A DNA stretch of 64,000 nt, taken from Haliotis cracherodii. Lineage: Eukaryota. The notes below the pieces were generated by a model. That model saw nothing but the letters and a program-made list of their open reading frames with translations. It had not been told where the DNA came from and did not search any database. How positions within the stretch are numbered: the stretch's first letter is position 1; every line of letters starts with the position of its first letter. Of the stretch, positions 1 to 13,120 are shown piece after piece. The DNA is taken from the NCBI RefSeq assembly GCF_022045235.1, contig NW_027266341.1, positions 54,870,001-54,934,000 on the forward strand, read 5' to 3'. A program made the translations under genes and the position numbers.

Positions 1-324
1 CATCTAGACGGAGTAAGTGGTTTTAAAATATTATCAACTAGGGAGACGAGTGGTATTACTATATGATCGCCAAAACTAAGAAAGTGGCCGAAATATATTA
101 TTAACTGGATAGAAAGAGTGGTGTTAATATATTATCATCTAGACGGAGACACTTGCTTCAGTGCATTTATTTAGCATCAAGCCGGGGATCTAAATACATT
201 ACAACCATGACGGAACCGAAGATCTTTATGACTTAGTCAACGATAATTGAAACAATTAATTGCTTCACTTAATTTTCGGTTTGGCTGCAAAATATGGTAA
301 CAGTATAACAACGCCACATAAAAG

Positions 325-1170
325 TCACAACGTACTCTTAGGACAACATCAACGTTCAGAAGTGCACAACGTGGTTTTAGGACAACATCAGCGTTCAGAA
401 GTGCACAACGTGGTTTTCGGACAACATCAGCGTTCAGAAGTGCACAACGTGGTTTTCGGACAACATCAGCGTTCAGAAGTGCACAACGTGGTTTTAGAGA
501 ACAACATCAGCGTTCAGAAGTGCACAACGTACTCTTAGGACAACATCAGCGTTCAGAAGTGCACAACGTGGTTTTAGGACAACATCAGCGTTCAGAAGTG
601 CACAACGTGGTTTTCGGACAACATCAGCGTTCAGAAATGCACAACGTGGTTTTAGGACAACATCAGCGTTCAGAAGTGCACAACGTGGTTTTAGGACAGC
701 ATCAGCGTTCAGAAGTGCACGACGTGGTTTTCGGACAACACCACCGAGGTACACATCGTAGTCTTACTTCGGAAAACATTAACGCTCGGAAGTACACAAC
801 GAGGTCTTTCTTACGACAACATTAGTGCTCAGAAATACACAACGAGGGCTTTCTTAGGACAACATTAGTGCTCAGATGTACACAACGAGGTCTTTCTTAC
901 GAGAACATTAGTGCTCAGAAATACACAACGAGGGCTTTCTTAGGACAACATTAGTGCTCAGAAGTACACAACGAGGTCTTTCTTAGGACAACATTAGTGT
1001 TCAGAAGGACACAACGAAGTCTTTCTTAGGACAGCAGTAGTGCTCAGAAGTACACAACGAGGTCTTTCTTAGGACAACATTAGTGTTCAGAAGTACAAAA
1101 CGAGGTCTTTCTTAGGACAGCATTAGTGCTCAGAAGTACACAACGAGGTCATTCTTAGGACAACATTAAC
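325..1170. repeat. Composite minisatellite: ~11 x 39-bp units followed by ~9 x related 43-bp units
   Basis: Unit gtgcacaacgtggttttaggacaacatcagcgttcagaa (39 bp) to ~745, then gtacacaacgaggtctttcttaggacaacattagtgctcagaa (43 bp; tacacaacga at 793, 836, 879). Explains the repetitive ORFs at 260-825. Confidence 0.93.
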
Positions 1171-1331
1171 ACCTGGACAAGCCACGCAGTGATCTTCGTA
1201 CAACATCAGCAATAGACAATAAGATGTTACAACAGCATCACACGCTAGACGTTTAATCGATGTACCTTGGCCATATGGACATCGCAATTAGTCAAGGCCG
1301 CGTTATTTGGGGAGAGACAATACATGCTCAC

Positions 1332-1465
1332 CTTGCTGCGCTTCGTGATTGCATCAACGTGCCGGTCTGATTCACAGATTATGTCCTCCCGCCAGACCTT
1401 CTCCTGGAAGCCGTTACAGTCGGTGATGATGTAGCTGAAGTCACCGCAGTCCAAGGACACTTTGC
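1332..1465 (-). CDS. Possible internal exon of an unidentified minus-strand gene or pseudogene (GKVSLDCGDFSYIITDCNGFQEKVWREDIICESDRHVDAITKRSK)
   Basis: GC-richer open frame, preceded by a pyrimidine tract ending ...tatactag and followed by AAG|gtgagc donor on the minus strand. No family recognised. Confidence 0.3.
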
Positions 1466-1839
1466 CTAGTATATAGGTAAAGGTTACATGTGGAAAAGGG
1501 GCAGGCGAATGAGGGAGGGTATACATGATAAATACCTGATCGTTTTATATATACATATCTTCGGTTTCTTTGTACACCAGCTAAACATCGTGCAAGATCA
1601 AGTAGTAATTTATCAAAGTAGTTCTTCCATGGGAATTTCGGGTAGAAACTGGTCCCCAGCACCCACCCGTCCATGTGGTATGATGAGACTTATGGATCTG
1701 GAGGTCAGACTGGATGACGTGTTTGATAGCGTGCCAACGTTCGCAGACCGCTTTGTGCCCATAAAATGAAACATATGCAGCGAGGTGAGATAAAGCTATC
1801 TTGTTCCCTTGTGGTTGCTGTAACATTGTAGCTACTGAT

Positions 1840-2063
1840 TTTTTTGTTTCTTGCTTGAAGCTGTACTCAGCAATATTCTTGAAAGCTTCGTGACGGCGGC
1901 CTGTAAATAATCGAGCCAGGGCTAGACAAACCAGTGATTGATATCATGAGCAACGTCCCACGCCGTCGGGACAAGTCACCGAGCCTAACCAACCGATCCA
2001 TTTAATCGCCTTTCACGTCCACCATCGAATGCTGGGTACCTATTCTATCCCAGGATCCCCACG
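1840..2063 (-). mobile_element. Degenerate SINE, Meta/MESC-like family
   Basis: Diverged reverse-strand match to the copy at 21727-21997. Confidence 0.65.
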
Positions 2064-2084
2064 TTAGGGAGATGGGTTGGGCGC

Positions 2085-2510
2085 TACTTGCTGTGAGATG
2101 GTAATATGTTAAGGTATCTGCTCTACCTGCGGTACGGTCGTAATATGTTCACGTACCTGCACTACCTGATGTAAGATGGCAAAATATTAACGCACCCATG
2201 TAATCTGCGGTAAGATGACAAAATGTTAACCTACCTGTGCTACCTGCTGTAAAGTGACAAAATGTTAACCTACCTGTGCTATTTTGTGTAATATTGTAAA
2301 ATCTTGACTTAACTACGATACCTGCTGTAAGATGGTAAACAGTTAACGTACCTGTGCGACCTCTATCAGATGATAAACATGTTAACGTACCTGCGATACC
2401 TGCTGTGAGATGGTAAAATGTTAAAGTGCCTGCTACCGACTGTCAGATGATAGCATGAAAAAAGTACCTGCGCTACCTGCTGAAGGATTGTGTGATTTTA
2501 ATGTACCTGA
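2085..2510. repeat. Degenerate ~39-bp tandem repeat
   Basis: Recurring tacctgtgctacctgctgtaagatggtaaaatgttaac (e.g. 2231 and 2270). Confidence 0.75.
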
Positions 2511-3639
2511 ATAGTACCATCCATCATCCAGGCTCTTGAATAGAACGTCCTCGCCAATCTTCGCGGTGGGTAACAGTCGCCTCAGCCGTATCAGGAGAAG
2601 TTCATCTTAAAAACGCGCAACGTCAAGTATACACAATGAGGGCTTGACTTTCATCAATACTTTGTACTTCGAACAGAACAATGGGACTCATACGTTCAAA
2701 TCCAAGGTTCGTTATAGACGATTACCTGTAGCGGAGATTCTCTCAGTTAGACAAAGTGAAAAGGAAGTGAAAAGAACAGCGTACGCTTTTTGTGCTATAA
2801 AGATTACGTCAGCGACAAAATATTATATATATTATAAGTAATGTCCTGTCAATTAAATGGGCAAGTTTCTTTTTATATGTTATTCGTTGTCAGTGTTGTC
2901 GTAGCGCAGTTTCAACATTTAACACATAAATATCCACATCAACATTACATAAGAACTGCTGTTTAAGACACATGTACCATTTGTACACGGGAGAGTGTTG
3001 GAGGTAAATTTCACTTTATGCACATGCATGTATATGTAACAATTATTGTGAATTAATAAAATGTATATTCCTAGGAAATATACAAACTATATATATCCCT
3101 ATATCTATTTTATATACAAAAAGCTGCTGGATATAGCAAATTATTATAACAGGCTCTGTTAAAAAGGATATATACCCATATCTTATGACAAACCGTAAAA
3201 TTTGTACAGTGGGCCTGTGGTCTACAAGTTCCACCAATACGCTTATTATCTACACTTATAGTCTATTTGAATGCACTGGGTGAATTATCTATGAAAAATA
3301 TTAAATTCACAAAGCCCATGTCCAAGACGAATTCGCAGGATGTTTAACGATCCTTTGCCACAGTCAGAATAATAAAGAACTTATTGTTGTAACTGACAAC
3401 CCTTGACATACCACCAGGGAGAATCTCTAATCTTCCTGGGTTATAGCTTATGGTCGAAGGAGTGACCTACCTTTTGAGATTTCGCCCTGCTTCTTCCTGA
3501 AATTAAGTTATTGTGAACTATAAATCTAAATATGCTTTCAATCACGACTACTTCACATGGATTTAAGTTGCAAGTCAAGGGCCCAGATAACTTTCAATGT
3601 ACAAAGGGATAACAAGGGGAAATAATTTATCTTATCTTA

Positions 3640-4019
3640 ATACACTGTATATTATAGTAAACGCCATGTCACCCTATCATTATACACTGTATAATATAGT
3701 AAACGCCATTTCACCCTATCATTATACACTGTATACTATAGTAAACGCCATGTCACACTATCATTATACACTGTATACTATAGTAAACGCCATGTCACAC
3801 TATCATTATACACTGTATACTATGGTAAACGCCATGTCACCCTATCATTATACACTGTATACTATAGTAAACGCCATGTCACACTATCATTATACACTGT
3901 ATACTATAGTAAACGCCATGTCACACTATCATTATACACTGTATACTATAGTAAACGCCATGTCACACTATCATTATACACTGTATACTATAGTAAACGC
4001 CATGTCACCCTATCATTAT
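3640..4019. repeat. 42-bp minisatellite, ~9 near-identical copies
   Basis: Unit tacactgtatactatagtaaacgccatgtcacactatcatta; gives the 14-aa repeat ORF at 3597-4058. Confidence 0.95.
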
Positions 4020-5045
4020 CCTAAACATTATACTGTTCAATGCTATACCATTCAGTGAATGTGCTTAATATTAGTTTGTTAAACTTCGTATCACATATGT
4101 CATTCCTAAACTTTTTAATTATAGATTTAATAAATCCCGTACCATTACATATGTGAAGTGGATAACCACGCGCCACAACACTACTATCTTAAACAGTATG
4201 TTGTTAAATCTCATGTCACTAAACCATTATTCTATTTTACTGTACACTGTAAAATCTCATGTCACTAAACTACTATTCTAAAATGAAAACTGTTAAACCC
4301 CTACGTCTCTTATTTCTATTCTAAACATTAAACTGTTTAATCTCATGTCACTAATCTAATTTATTGCGTTGGAGTCATCAATTTTTTAATAAACATACAG
4401 CTGTATTTTACATCGCATAATAACATCACGTGCACACTATCTGAAATCATCAGCTGGTTATTGCATCTGTACACAACGTTTACTCTGCTGTCAGGCGGAT
4501 AATCTTCTCCTGAGAGACACTACAAACTTTCACAAAACTCCTGAGAGGTATAGACAAAATAAGTATGCATCTTAAAACTCGCTGGAACATATTTGAGCTT
4601 TTGCAATACACTCGTTGAAATAAATACGATATCTAACATACTGTTAAGTCATCTATACATTCAAAACCATATACTGTTAATTTCCATGTCACTAAAATAC
4701 TATCCTAAACTGTAAACTGTTAAACTCTGCGCCAGTCAGTCATTATCCGAAACACTATACTGAAACATCCCATGCCACTACACTACTACCCTAAACTGTA
4801 TACTGTTAAACTGTGTACTAGTCAATCATTATCCCAAACACTATACTGAAACATCCCATACCACTACACAACTATCCTAAACTGTATACTGTTAAACTCT
4901 GTTCCAGTCAATCATTATCTGAAACATCCCATACAACTACACTACTATCCTAAACTGTATAATGTTAAACTCTGTTCCAGGAAATCATTATCCGAAACAT
5001 CCCATACCACTACACAACTATCCTAAACTGTATACTTTTAAACCT
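4020..5045. repeat. Older degenerate relatives of the 42-bp satellite, with dimer-like units at ~4690-5045
   Basis: Recurring actatcctaaactgtatactgttaaac and tcattatccgaaacatcccataccactacac; interrupted at ~4360-4620. Confidence 0.7.
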
Positions 5046-5694
5046 CAGCCCTCTCAATCCAAAGCATAGAAATGTTTAACATTTGTCTTCTTAATTCGAT
5101 CAATCATTCTACTAAAGAGAGACCGAATGTTTAATATTCTCGGGGAACTGGGGTTTCTTTCTAAAAAGACAACTCAGAAAGAGATAACCCAGAAAACTTG
5201 GGAATAATAGGTTGTTAAAAAAAATTAATTGGACATGCTGGATGTCTTAAAAAAAGGGGTTGTAAAAAACAGTTAACTTATTTGCATACGTTTCAAGCAA
5301 GGAACGAAAAGGCCAAAATCTCAGGTCCCAGTAGAATATTTAATGGTCGGTCCACAATAGATATCATCTATAAGTATATATGGAGAAACAACAGTTTGTG
5401 ATAAACAGTATTCAGTGTCTTGTCGGTATATTACCATATACATTCAGCAACCTGAATAAATGGCAGCCTCTGCACCAAGCAGCACGACAAAAGGGATCAT
5501 TTCGATTTTGTAATCGTAAATTTCCCTCATGTCGAGCAATATGTATAGCAGAAACTATTTCTACTAGGGATTACCAGCGATTGTAAACCCTGACATGAGG
5601 CGACATACCGCCGTCATGTACTGGAATGTTGCTGAGTGCAGCGTACGTAAAACAACAAACTGAACCCGAACTACAATATATAAGAACCGTTTAA

Positions 5695-6346
5695 AGGGCA
5701 AGTTCACACGGAAATGAACCTTTTTTTCTTGTACTTTTTCCACATTAAAAGTGTTAACATAGAAGTGTCATAGACAAAAATATAAAAACATCATATTTAA
5801 TTCACATATTTTTTGCACTAAAACAATTTATATTTTTCACATTTACAAAGTGTTCTATTTCCATAACAAAAACACCATGGCTTATGTCCCTTGCAATATG
5901 ACGTCATTGGTGCCAATTGATAAACATTATGACGTCATCATGCTTTGTTAGAGCCGCTTCACGTGGTGTAGGTACAGTTTTGTGATTCTAGCATCTCAGA
6001 TGCCATCCAGAATTGTGTTATGCTGAGTCACCACTGCGCCGGAGTGTGTCGTAGACCATGTTGTTTTACCGCAAACTGGTCCTTGATATCTTTTGCGTTG
6101 AGATTAGACAGGGACCCAGTTGAATTGGCACCAATTACGTCATAATCTAAGGGGGATAACTCAGGCCTATTTCGCTCGTAAAACGAAGGCCTCATAACGG
6201 CATATCACTTTCACACTGTTGTGAGCTTCCTACTTTCACTGTGAAAAAAATGAGTGTATATTTTCAAACACAGATACTAACTAATTCTAAAATTGCGTTT
6301 TGTTTAGAAAAAGAAAGAAAGTGATTTTTGCGTGTACACTTCCCCT
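5695..6346. mobile_element. Non-autonomous DNA transposon, Kolobok-like (TTAA TSD, AGG termini)
   Basis: TTAA at 5691-5694 and 6347-6350; imperfect TIR agggcaagttcacacg / cgtgtacacttcccct; internal inverted repeat 5878-5920 versus 6123-6167. Confidence 0.6.
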
Positions 6347-8059
6347 TTAACAACCGAAATTGTATAAATCTACGTACTCTTCATGCCCTGGCCATGGATA
6401 CAAGTCAATCCGTTTGACCTCTCTCTGAAATAAATAAAACAAAACATTGACTATAATTTAACCAATTTCTCCATATTTTACAAAAGAATATTTTTACGGG
6501 GAAAACGCAAACAAAATGTTTTTTTTATTTTTTTCTATCAGACGCTTTGACATTCGAATTCTGAATCTCAAATGTCTCATGCCACACAACAGACAAGATT
6601 CATTAAGATATACGCTGCTGTGAAAATTGACCACAAAAGGTCAATAAAGTTTATAACCCTCTTTTCATGGGGGATGAAGCTTCAAGCCACATGCTAATCA
6701 AGGGGGTGAATTCGAAATTTGAACCACTTAATAACCGTAGTAATAACTTGACGCAAATGAACCACGACATGCGTGGAGAAACCGGCTTTCTTCTCCCTAG
6801 GGTAAGGAGGGTCTAACGGTTTCATTAGTGCCCCGGGCACCTGTCGGGCACACGTATACAATACACACAGTAAACTGCAATAGGTCGTTTACATTTGCAA
6901 CAATAACGAGGAAATTATTTGAATATAATTCAACTATCTTACAGTCATGTATTCTGAATAAAGGACTTGAAGAGGTAATATCCCATGGTAGCAATGAGTA
7001 ATAAAAAAATTATGTTCAGTAAAAAAAAACATATATGCAGTACATAGAAAGAACATAGTTGTTGTAGCGCACGAACAGTTTTAATGAGATAAAAGTGACT
7101 GGTAGTAAGCTAGAGTGTGCGTGTATGTTTTTATCCAAATGATGTATTACATTATATGCAACCAAAAACTAAATAACGAAAAAAATCAAACACAGCGAAA
7201 CGAACACCATTGGTCCGGAGACTTTGTATTATAATTAACGGGACATTACCGTGTTCCCATGGTTCGTTATTCTGGTTTGCTTAGCTCGAATCGGAACAGT
7301 CCGAATTAACAGAGTGCATAAAATTAACATTATATGGACGATAGTCTTCAAAGTTCGCATTTTTACATCCGACACATGATCTTATTATATTCGGTTAATA
7401 TGTCATATATAGTTAATGAGACAAAAAAGACTGGCGATTTGTGTGTGATTTTAACCAAATGAAGAGTGGCGAGGAGCTAAAGTATTATTTATGTGTCTGA
7501 AAGTACGCAGCTTCTATCAAACAAAAAGTACCTCGATGGACGTATATTTTCAGAAAGAGGTTTGTTCTTTTCATCATGTCTATCAAAACGAAACATTGAC
7601 ATTAATCATAAATTGTTAATTTCAAATGCGCCATCAAGACATTTACGGGTGACGTAGAATCCAAAGTCCAAATAATATAAAGCAGCTTTATGTATAAAGT
7701 AGATCTTCAACCTTCTGTAATACCTACATTCACAATACTGTAACATGGAATTCAAGTGTCATATTCTGTACAGTTCGGATTAAAGAGGTTTATGTTTTCA
7801 TAGTCAGTCATGAGGTAACATTCAACATGTAGCATCCTTGTCTACCTCTGTTAATAATGTTTCTTGTTGTTGCACTATTTTGTGAGCATACTCGTGTGAA
7901 CATAGATGAATACTAAGCCATAACACCAACAAAAAAACAAATTGAAAAAGACTTTTTTTTGGTCTTCATCTTCAGCAATGGGCGATTGGTTACTTCATCA
8001 CAGTCTTTATGTAACAATGCATTGCCAACACATGCATATTTATGTCTTATATCGCCAAG

Positions 8060-8655
8060 CCTCTTCATTACAGTATTATTAATAATTTATGTCCATCGTA
8101 TTTATATGACACGTTACCACCCAAAGTATTAACTATAAGTAGATATGAGATACGTAATAAGAACAATATGAATAAGCCACATGCACGAACAGCTACATAC
8201 CAGCAATCATTTAACACCTTCTTCAATCTAACTATGGAATGAATTACCCCCTGAATACAGAAGTGCAACATCATTGTCAAATTTTAAACAGATGATTAAA
8301 ACAACTATTGCAGCTCCACCATACTTCTCATCTGGCAACCGAAGAGCTTACAGTTTACATACACGTCCAATACACTCTTGCTGTTCCCTAAACGTAGATC
8401 TCTACAAAGTAAATTTATCTGATACTTTGCCCGGCTCTTGTGGAAAACCATGTGAAAACAACATACACTTCTTTCTTGAATGTCCCAGTTACACTATTCC
8501 CAGAAATATCATGTTGGCTAACATTATAACAGCTGGAACTACATGTACAATACAAAATCTTTTTATACGGTGATGTATCTCTAGCGGAAGGTCACAATAA
8601 TCTCATTTTCAACAACGTTCCAAAATGAATACTGTCGACTAACCGATTCGAGTTA
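8060..8655 (+). mobile_element. Decayed 3' fragment of a CR1/L2-group LINE ORF2
   Basis: Frameshifted LCPSYL..RYEIRN..RTATYQQSF and LNVDLYKVNL..CGKPCENNIHFFLECPSY, typical of the post-RT C-terminal Cys/His region. Confidence 0.7.
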
Positions 8656-8769
8656 ATCGTTTTCATTAATATAGAATATCGCTCTGCGACCACTTATTAT
8701 TAATTACGACATTAGTGTATAAACTGCATGCATATATATGAATACAGGGGTATGTCGGCCTCTGTAAGC

Positions 8770-9070
8770 ATAATGCATATGGGTATGTATATGGCTGTAT
8801 GTTAATATATGTGTGTAAATTTGTTTATGTGTTATATGTATGTGTGAATATGTGGGTGTATGTATGTGCATGTGCTTGTGTATATGTGTGTGTGTGTTTA
8901 TATATATATGGATACATATGTATGTGTGTACATGTATGTATATGTGTAGGTATGTACTGTGTGTACAGCTGTATGTGTGCATGTTTTTAGATGTATATGT
9001 GTATGTATGTGTAATTATATATGTAGGCTTGCATGTGTGTTTGTGCTTATGTATTTTTGTATGTATGTAT
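8770..9070. repeat. (TG/TA)-rich low-complexity microsatellite
   Basis: Runs of tatgtgtgtatg. Confidence 0.9.
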
Positions 9071-9331
9071 ATATACAAGTAAAATGTGTTCATATGTTCG
9101 TGAATGTTCTTGTTGCAAACATTATGTTAAAAAAACATGTTTATGTTTTTCAGGTGAATATATTTCTCTTTGTAACTTTGTAATATAATAATAATTTATA
9201 ATAATATATTACAAAGTTACAAAGAGAAATATATTCACCTGAAGTAACATAAACATGTTTTTTTTAACATAATGTTTGCAAGGAGAACATTAACGAACAT
9301 ATGAACATATGAACACATTTTACTTGTATAT
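9071..9331. repeat. Long near-perfect palindrome (~115-bp arms, short AT spacer)
   Basis: tatacaagtaaaatgtgttc...gtaactttgtaatata mirrored by tatattacaaagttac...gaacacattttacttgtata. Confidence 0.9.
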
Positions 9332-10350
9332 CATCAGTGTCTGTACATATACATTAGGGAAAGGGCCACCTACATGTAAGTTGGATAACTTTTGCCCAAT
9401 CCCGTTGACCATATATGTCAATAAAATATGTTTAAAACAAACAAACAATTAATTATTCTGGAGACAACATTGTATTTTGTTGTAAAAGGATGGTTGTTTT
9501 GCTTTACATAACATCGTGTAACATATCATCATCAAGAAAAATAGGAATAATGCAAATTAGAAAGAGGCAACTAGAAGACCATTATTTGTTGTTGTAGTGA
9601 CTCTAAGTTACGAAATAGTTATTGCTTATACCATCTGGTCAGGGAAAAATATAACTAGTTTTGTATTCAAACACAGTTCCACCGCGCCATCACGATGCAT
9701 AGGCCGAATAGTTATTACATAAATTGCTGGTTAGATTAATAAGAACCGATACACCATGATGCGTCATAGTCAGAGAAGAAAACAACTTTCATCAAAATAC
9801 ATTTTAAAGAAAAATGATGTTGCCAGTTTTTTCCAAGAACGTTTGTGGCGGTCATCTTGGATTTCAATATCGGTCATATTTTAAAATATAACTGTCTTTG
9901 ATATTGTGACACATGGGCTTCATACATATCAAACGAAAGCTCCTTTTTGGCCGATATTTTCTTACATTAACTTCTTTCATATAATATAAGTATAACATTT
10001 ATCAACGACGGATGTCTACTTCAAAAAAAGCCTTACAAATATGACGACATTTACGACAAAATGTACGACATATACGAATCATATATAAAAATTATGCATA
10101 TGAAAACTTTCAAAGCAATATTTGTTATTTTACGGCATATACATATTATGTTTCTAATACTGCTATGAACACGTACACGAAATATATGTGTAAAAACGCG
10201 TTCAACGTTTATTAAGAGTGACATTGCGGGTATGTTGAGTTTTGATTGAGTGGTTTCAATGCCACGTCCTTCAGTAAAGCGTTGTTGCTTTAATCGTAAT
10301 TAAATATTTTCTCCTTAAAACTCAGTATAAAGAAATATACAGGCCTCCGA

Positions 10351-10570
10351 TCCCCTGCTAACGCCCATTCCCTGCTGGGTGTGAGGTAACTATATTATCA
10401 GACTCAACCACTTTCATGGAAGCTGATTTCATGACGGGGCAGCCATTGTCTCTTTAACGACACCGGTGATGGCATGGCGCCTCGTTAAGCTACAGTTAAA
10501 CTTTACGACATTAACTGGCCGGGTATATAAGCCTGGCAACACAGAGACCAGGCACATCATCTCAGACAAC
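10351..10570 (+). promoter_or_regulatory. Proximal promoter and 5' UTR of paralog 1 (TATATAA 10524-10530)
   Basis: ~220 bp closely matching 24700-24920 upstream of paralog 2 while surrounding DNA is unrelated; TATA ~45 bp before ATG. Confidence 0.8.
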
Positions 10571-10576
10571 ATGAAG
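10571..10576 (+). CDS. Paralog 1 coding exon 1 (Met-Lys)
   Basis: caacATGAAG|gtaaga consensus donor; same arrangement in all five paralogs. Confidence 0.88.
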
Positions 10577-11939
10577 GTAAGAGAAACATGCCTAAATCAC
10601 TTTTATCAATATCCTCTCTTTGCTTAGTATATGCTCAGGTGATTCTGGTGATATACATTGGTGATTCACGAATATTTGTCAGAAGAATATAGTCTTATAC
10701 CGTGGTTTTTAGCAATATACAGTTGTATTACGTTCACACTTTCCTTATTATTTCACCAATGTTGAGAAAGGAAAGAAAATATTTCTGGTTCCAGTCTCGT
10801 ATGCCTCATTTCCAGGTTTTAATACTCAAGGTGGGTAACTTTAGAAAGACTACTATGTAACGGCCATCATGATTGATGAAACTATAAATCATAATATGCA
10901 TTTTTCTTTAACTTGTCATGTAAGGGATAGTCACGATCCGATAAATAAGTCATAAGCATGTAAGTGCCAGGCGAATTCTGCAAATCCGCGATCGCTGAAA
11001 GTTTTGCAGAAAATGTAACTTCCCGTAGAATTGCAGTACAATCGCGGAATTTGCCTTTTTTATCGATCAATACTCTGTTTCATTATTTTCAAGCTTTTGA
11101 ATAGAATTTGGCAATCGAATGATGCCCAAACATTTAATATGCGATTCAAACATACACAATCTGAATCCTACAATAAAACAAAATTTGAAATAAATAATTC
11201 TCACTTTTAACGTTCTTGCGGTATTGTGACAACATAAACTATGATTATATGTAGCAATAACTATCAGCGGCACTATTCATATCTATTTGCATAATTATAT
11301 GTGTAAATCCTGTATAAATGTTTAACCTAGTAATTACCAACCAATTTACCCGATTGTTACATTGGAAGGTGTTTACATACACTACTCAAAGAAGTCAAAG
11401 AAGACCCGATTCTTCCATATGCATAGCATGACAGATTAACTATAGCACTATGAACGAATCACGTGTTCTATAACAGTCTCTTCTTTGAAGTAGAATAGAT
11501 ACACCTGGAAAGCACCACTAACTACATACTTCAATATAAAACTGACGACATACATGTTTATGCTTACATAATTATCTAACGATATGTTTTGTTAGTGTTC
11601 CGTTACAATAGATGTTTGACAACCCTTTTATTTGCTGCTTGTGTCGCTTTGCATCATTTGACTGAACTAAAGTCTTAGAAATTGCACTTGAGAAACTGGC
11701 GACATATTTGTCTTCTTTCGCTAATGTTTCAGTATAAGTGATATGAGACATTTATCTTGTGAGACATGAAGATATTCCCAATGATAAATGGCAGTGTCGG
11801 AATTTATGATAATAGAGAAGGGCTGGTGATTTGTAGGTGTATAATAATTGTATATAATGATATGCTATTTCTCAGTGAAACTTTCATTAAGTCACGCTTA
11901 AAGAGAATGATCTCACAACTCTCTATCTTAACAACCTCG

Positions 11940-12570
11940 GTAAGAGATCTACAAACATATTGCACACTAGATTGAGACACAATAGTAGCACACTAAATTC
12001 CGACCTGTTTCGTGTTAATTTATCTGATACTATTTCCTGTAAATCCGAAGCTCCTTGTGAAAATTCATTCCAATTCTTCTTCGAATGTACCTTATATGAT
12101 GATTTTAGGGAGACATTACTGACAGCTATCATTAATCTTTGAGGACAAAAAACTCTACATAGTATTCTTTTGGTGATCCAAACTTAGATGTATTCCTGAA
12201 TACAAAAATATTCTTGTCTGTACACAAATTTATGGAAACGACAAACAGATTCATTAGCTAGCATATTATTGTTTCCAAACTGTTAATCATTAATATTGTT
12301 AAATCTATATTCAACACTAAAATGTAGAATATTAGCATTTGTATGAGATACACACTGTCATCACTTTCCAGCACATTGTACATATCCTTCATATGAGCAC
12401 TGTGTATATATATTGCACTCTATGTTTCCACAATGTGAAGCTTCAACTGTAAATTGTTCATTTTCATTATGCAATATTGTGTATAACTGTATATAGGGAG
12501 AAGGCGATAATAAGTGCTGCACTTGTGCCCAATCCCTTTGTCTTTTTGGACAATAAAATATGTTTAATAA
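11940..12570 (+). mobile_element. 3' fragment of a CR1/L2-group LINE in the paralog 1 intron
   Basis: HTRLRHNSSTLNSDLFRVNL..C..PCENSFQFFFECTLY; ends caataaaatatgtttaa like the tails at ~9420 and ~41385. Confidence 0.7.
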
Positions 12571-12721
12571 TAATAAAACCTCGAATTAGTTATATCGCAT
12601 AAAGTCTCCACATCAGAGACAAATATTAAACATGTAAGCTCATGCTATGGAAAAAACACTTTTTAGCATTTAACACTGAGCGTTTAAGTAACACGAAAAA
12701 CAATGGAGCTATAAGAATATG

Positions 12722-12993
12722 GGCGAAACCGCATTATCAGTGGTTCATATTGGGAAAGGGAGGTCACTCTAATTTCAAACGGGAGCTATCTCCGTTGTTT
12801 TCGTATTTGCGAGTAATGGCGTCACCCACGCTGTACGTTGTTGGTCCAGCTATTAGAATGCCCATCATTTGTTTACGTAGTATATATTCTCAACAACAAG
12901 TGCGTTTAGTTTCGAATGTGGGCCCACCTCGAACTTTCGATTAGGCAAACGGAGTTAGCTTCCTTCTCGAACCACCGATAATGCGGTTTCGCC
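12722..12993. mobile_element. MITE with ~25-bp TIRs and 8-bp TSD (Merlin-like)
   Basis: TIR ggcgaaaccgcattatc(a/g)gtggttc at both ends; TSD agaatatg at 12714-12721 and 12994-13001. Confidence 0.8.
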
Positions 12994-13120
12994 AGAATAT
13001 GAACCATGTTAGGCTGCACTGATGATTTCCAAACAGTTTTCCAAATTTCCGTGTATGAGTAAATTCTTAACAACATGCTTTAAACGACGTCAGCTTCATT
13101 ATCCTTTTTGTATTTTTCAG

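Noticed and set aside
325-1170. CRISPR-like array (also 3640-4019 and 62147-62658)
   Set aside because: Contiguous tandem units with no unique spacers, no cas genes, eukaryotic context.
8704-9183. His/Thr- or Cys/Val-rich short ORFs
   Set aside because: Translations of a TG/TA microsatellite.
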